The notes under the pieces were generated by a model, which was given only the letters and a program-made list of their open reading frames with translations, searched no databases and was not told the origin of the DNA. Of a DNA stretch of 64,000 nt, positions 61,801 through 64,000 are shown in pieces. Position 1 is the stretch's first letter. Every line of letters starts with the position of its first letter. Source of the DNA: Lytechinus pictus (taxonomy: Eukaryota); assembly GCF_037042905.1 (NCBI RefSeq), contig NC_087245.1:14756001-14820000 (forward strand). Reading direction: 5' to 3'. The position numbers and the translations under genes were made by a program.

Positions 61801-63171
61801 AGGCAAAGAAGGAGAGCAAGGTAGAGAATGGGAGAGCAAGAGAGAGAGGGAGAGAGAAGGGGGAAGAAAGAGGCAGACACACAGAGACATAGACATAGAC
61901 AGAGAGAAACAGAAAGGAAGGAGTGGAAAGACCCCCACACAACAAATCAGACACAGAAATAAAGGGAAGAAAATGGAAAAGTAAGAGAGGAGAAAAGATA
62001 AGACAGGAAAGGGGGTCAAGAGAAAAATAAATGAGAGAGAAGAGGAGAGAGGAAAGAGAGAGGGGGGGGGGGGATAGAAAAGATCAGATAAGAGGGAGAG
62101 GGGGAGAAGGGATGAAGACTAAATTACACAATTAAAATAATATACACGTTATAAACACATCGTACCGAAATGCATTAGCTATAATTTGTTAGAATATATT
62201 CAACAGCAGAAAACAAATTGAAATGAAATTGACAACCAATAACATAATTTTGCAAATGATAAAGATTGACAATGCCGAAATACAAAGTACATCTCAAAAG
62301 AATTTTGAACACAGCTGATATGAATTATTGATATATGAGCTGCTGATACATTTTCTCATTCTAAAGCCCTTTGGAGTTGAAGCAACCTTCTTCCTGATGC
62401 ATGAAATAATATTAAAAAAGTAATTGATTTGTCTATCTGTCTGTCTGTCTGGCATTGGTTGATGGAAGTTGATCATTTTATTTTTCTTTCACATTAAGAG
62501 ACCTTGTAGGTTGAGACAACCTTTCCTTTTACTGCTATCAAAATGCAAGCAGAATAATAATGTAATTAAAACACAAATTGATTTAAGATGAAAATATACA
62601 AATTTGTTATAATTTAGCACAAAACATACTTCCTCCTCTATGTTTGGGACCCCGTACCCCACGGATAGTTAAAAATGAAAAACATTCTCACACACAAATT
62701 CAAAGAGAGAGAAAAAAAATTACTATTTTCAATGACAGATCACAATACAATACAGTTTCATTGGTTGGAAGTTATCACTTAGGTGAACAATTTTCACAGA
62801 ATCAGGCATTTGTGGTTTGGCAGATGAAATACAAACCTGGCTATTGATTAAAAAATGTTGTTTACAAATAAAAATCACCACCAATACTAATATCACTTGA
62901 AGGCTCCCAAGGCCCTTGGTAGACAAATTACGTACTCGTATACAGGTAAGTCAGAAAATGATGACTTGGTTGATAAAATTCAGGTAGAGCGCTTTATGGA
63001 TATCTTTTGGATAAATTAAATGCTGTATTAAAGTACATCAACCAATGACCCAACAAGACAAAAGATGTTTCTAAAGCTTTGCTAACCTGCTTGTTTGAGG
63101 TATGGCGTTGCTGCTCTGAAATGCCTGACTGTCAGTTGAACTTCGTTACCAGCATTCTTTAGTGCTATCAC
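55866..63171 (-). CDS. SNTG1: Gamma-syntrophin, 3' portion (end of PDZ, PH domains, SU domain); 5' exons lie beyond the window
   Basis: Exons (minus) 63171-63087, 61795-61713, 61373-61225, 60518-60389, 60110-60072, 59460-59344, 58966-58895, 58605-58453, 57681-57589, 56812-56702 and 55988-55866, in frame. VIALKNAGNEVQLTVRHF...RWVDMLSISLLMARVTRYSSGTDKIRPNTFEVIGVDG...GWVEERL...WKPKFLAIRG...LLWRYRFSQLKNSSDDG...ELECPNLRKLLHCMHAFLASKLAAIDPIFL matches gamma-syntrophins. SNTG1 versus SNTG2 cannot be resolved; it is probably co-orthologous to both. Confidence 0.92.
56255..56510 (-). mobile_element. Second, 5'-truncated copy related to the SINE at 52578-52864
   Basis: Shares CATTTACCTCA(A/C)CTGGGTTGAGT...AAATTTCTTGCTGAAGGAAAACACGCCA(T/C)GGCT. 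Confidence 0.75.
57938..58066. mobile_element. Small MITE in a syntrophin intron
   Basis: CCCGTAAAACAAAAGTTCGCAATT ... ATTGCTAAGTTTTGTTACGGG inverted ends. Confidence 0.5.
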
Positions 63172-63526
63172 CTGCAAGAAATTAATTTTTGGTCTTAATA
63201 AAAAAAAAAACTGGCCTGTACTTGGCAAGATGTACACAGTAAGCTACACCACTCTCATTCAAATATAGGAAATCAGGACCACGTCTTACAAAGACTTGCG
63301 ACATATTCAAATCAAAACCGAATTGAGATTGATATATCTATTATCTACATAATTGACATCAATCACAGTTTCTTTCACAATTCTGTGTAAGACAGGCCCA
63401 AAGTGTGAGAGCTTTGTTTAAAATGTTTTATTCTTTAATTTATGTTTTACTGGAATTATCTCAGTTTTACCCCAAAAGCAAGGGAACACCCCCTCCCACC
63501 TGTGACATGGATAAAAAACACCCTTT

Positions 63527-64000
63527 TTAAAGGAGAATGAAACTCTTGGAGCAAGTTAGCTTTTGTGAAAGCAGAAAAATCAAAGAATAAGATCAACAAA
63601 AGTTTGAGTAAAATAGGACTAGCAATAGAAGAGTTATGAGCATTTGAATGTCGAGATCACTAATGCTATGGAGATCCTCCTATTGGCAATGCGACCAAGA
63701 TCTATGATGTCACAGATGAACAACTCTCCCCTTTTGGACACTGAAAATATACCCCAAAACATCTCTTTTTGTTCATTCTAATCATATGACAAACGATTCA
63801 TCAATGATATAATTTTGTGAAACCTCTGTACTTGTCCTATCATAAAGAGAACATCTCACCTTGTGATAGACTCTATAAAAGTGAGAATATAAGTGAAATA
63901 AGTACTAAAGTAATGAGGGAGTTGTACGTGTGTGACATCACAGATCTCGGTCGCATTGCCAATGGGAGGATCTACATGGCATTAGTGATCTCAATATTCA
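63527..64000. mobile_element. TTAA-target MITE with a long internal inverted repeat (runs off the window)
   Basis: TTAA|AGGAGAATGAAAC start; ~85-bp inverted repeat at 63645-63731 versus 63916-64000. Confidence 0.7.

Overview
AT-rich, intron-rich animal genomic DNA. The repeat families, intron sizes and gene content suggest an echinoderm, probably a sea urchin (inference only). No prokaryotic features, CRISPR arrays or rRNA were found. Six protein-coding genes were reconstructed by hand from GT-AG boundaries and reading-frame continuity. (1) SDF2/SDF2L1-type MIR-domain ER protein (+, 6 exons). (2) An unrecognised 278-aa protein with an E/K-rich N-terminus (+, 8 exons). (3) An intronless RING/B-box/coiled-coil TRIM-like gene (-), whose 3' end is cut by a composite transposon and which has two NF-kB-type sites upstream. 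(4) An SLC16/MCT-family MFS transporter (-, 4 exons). (5) A small type II membrane protein with LDLa and thyroglobulin type-1 domains (+, 5 exons). (6) The 3' part of a gamma-syntrophin gene (-, 11 exons in the window). Introns and intergenic DNA hold many non-autonomous elements: hAT-like and TTAA-target MITEs, a Sola-like dimer, tRNA-derived SINEs, a ~2.7-kb Helentron-type (HINE) element carrying a Pol III-like cassette, and a ~52-bp minisatellite. Assembly gaps lie at 21847-22019, 43635-43929 and 46198-46359. Nearly all short ORFs in the supplied track are spurious.
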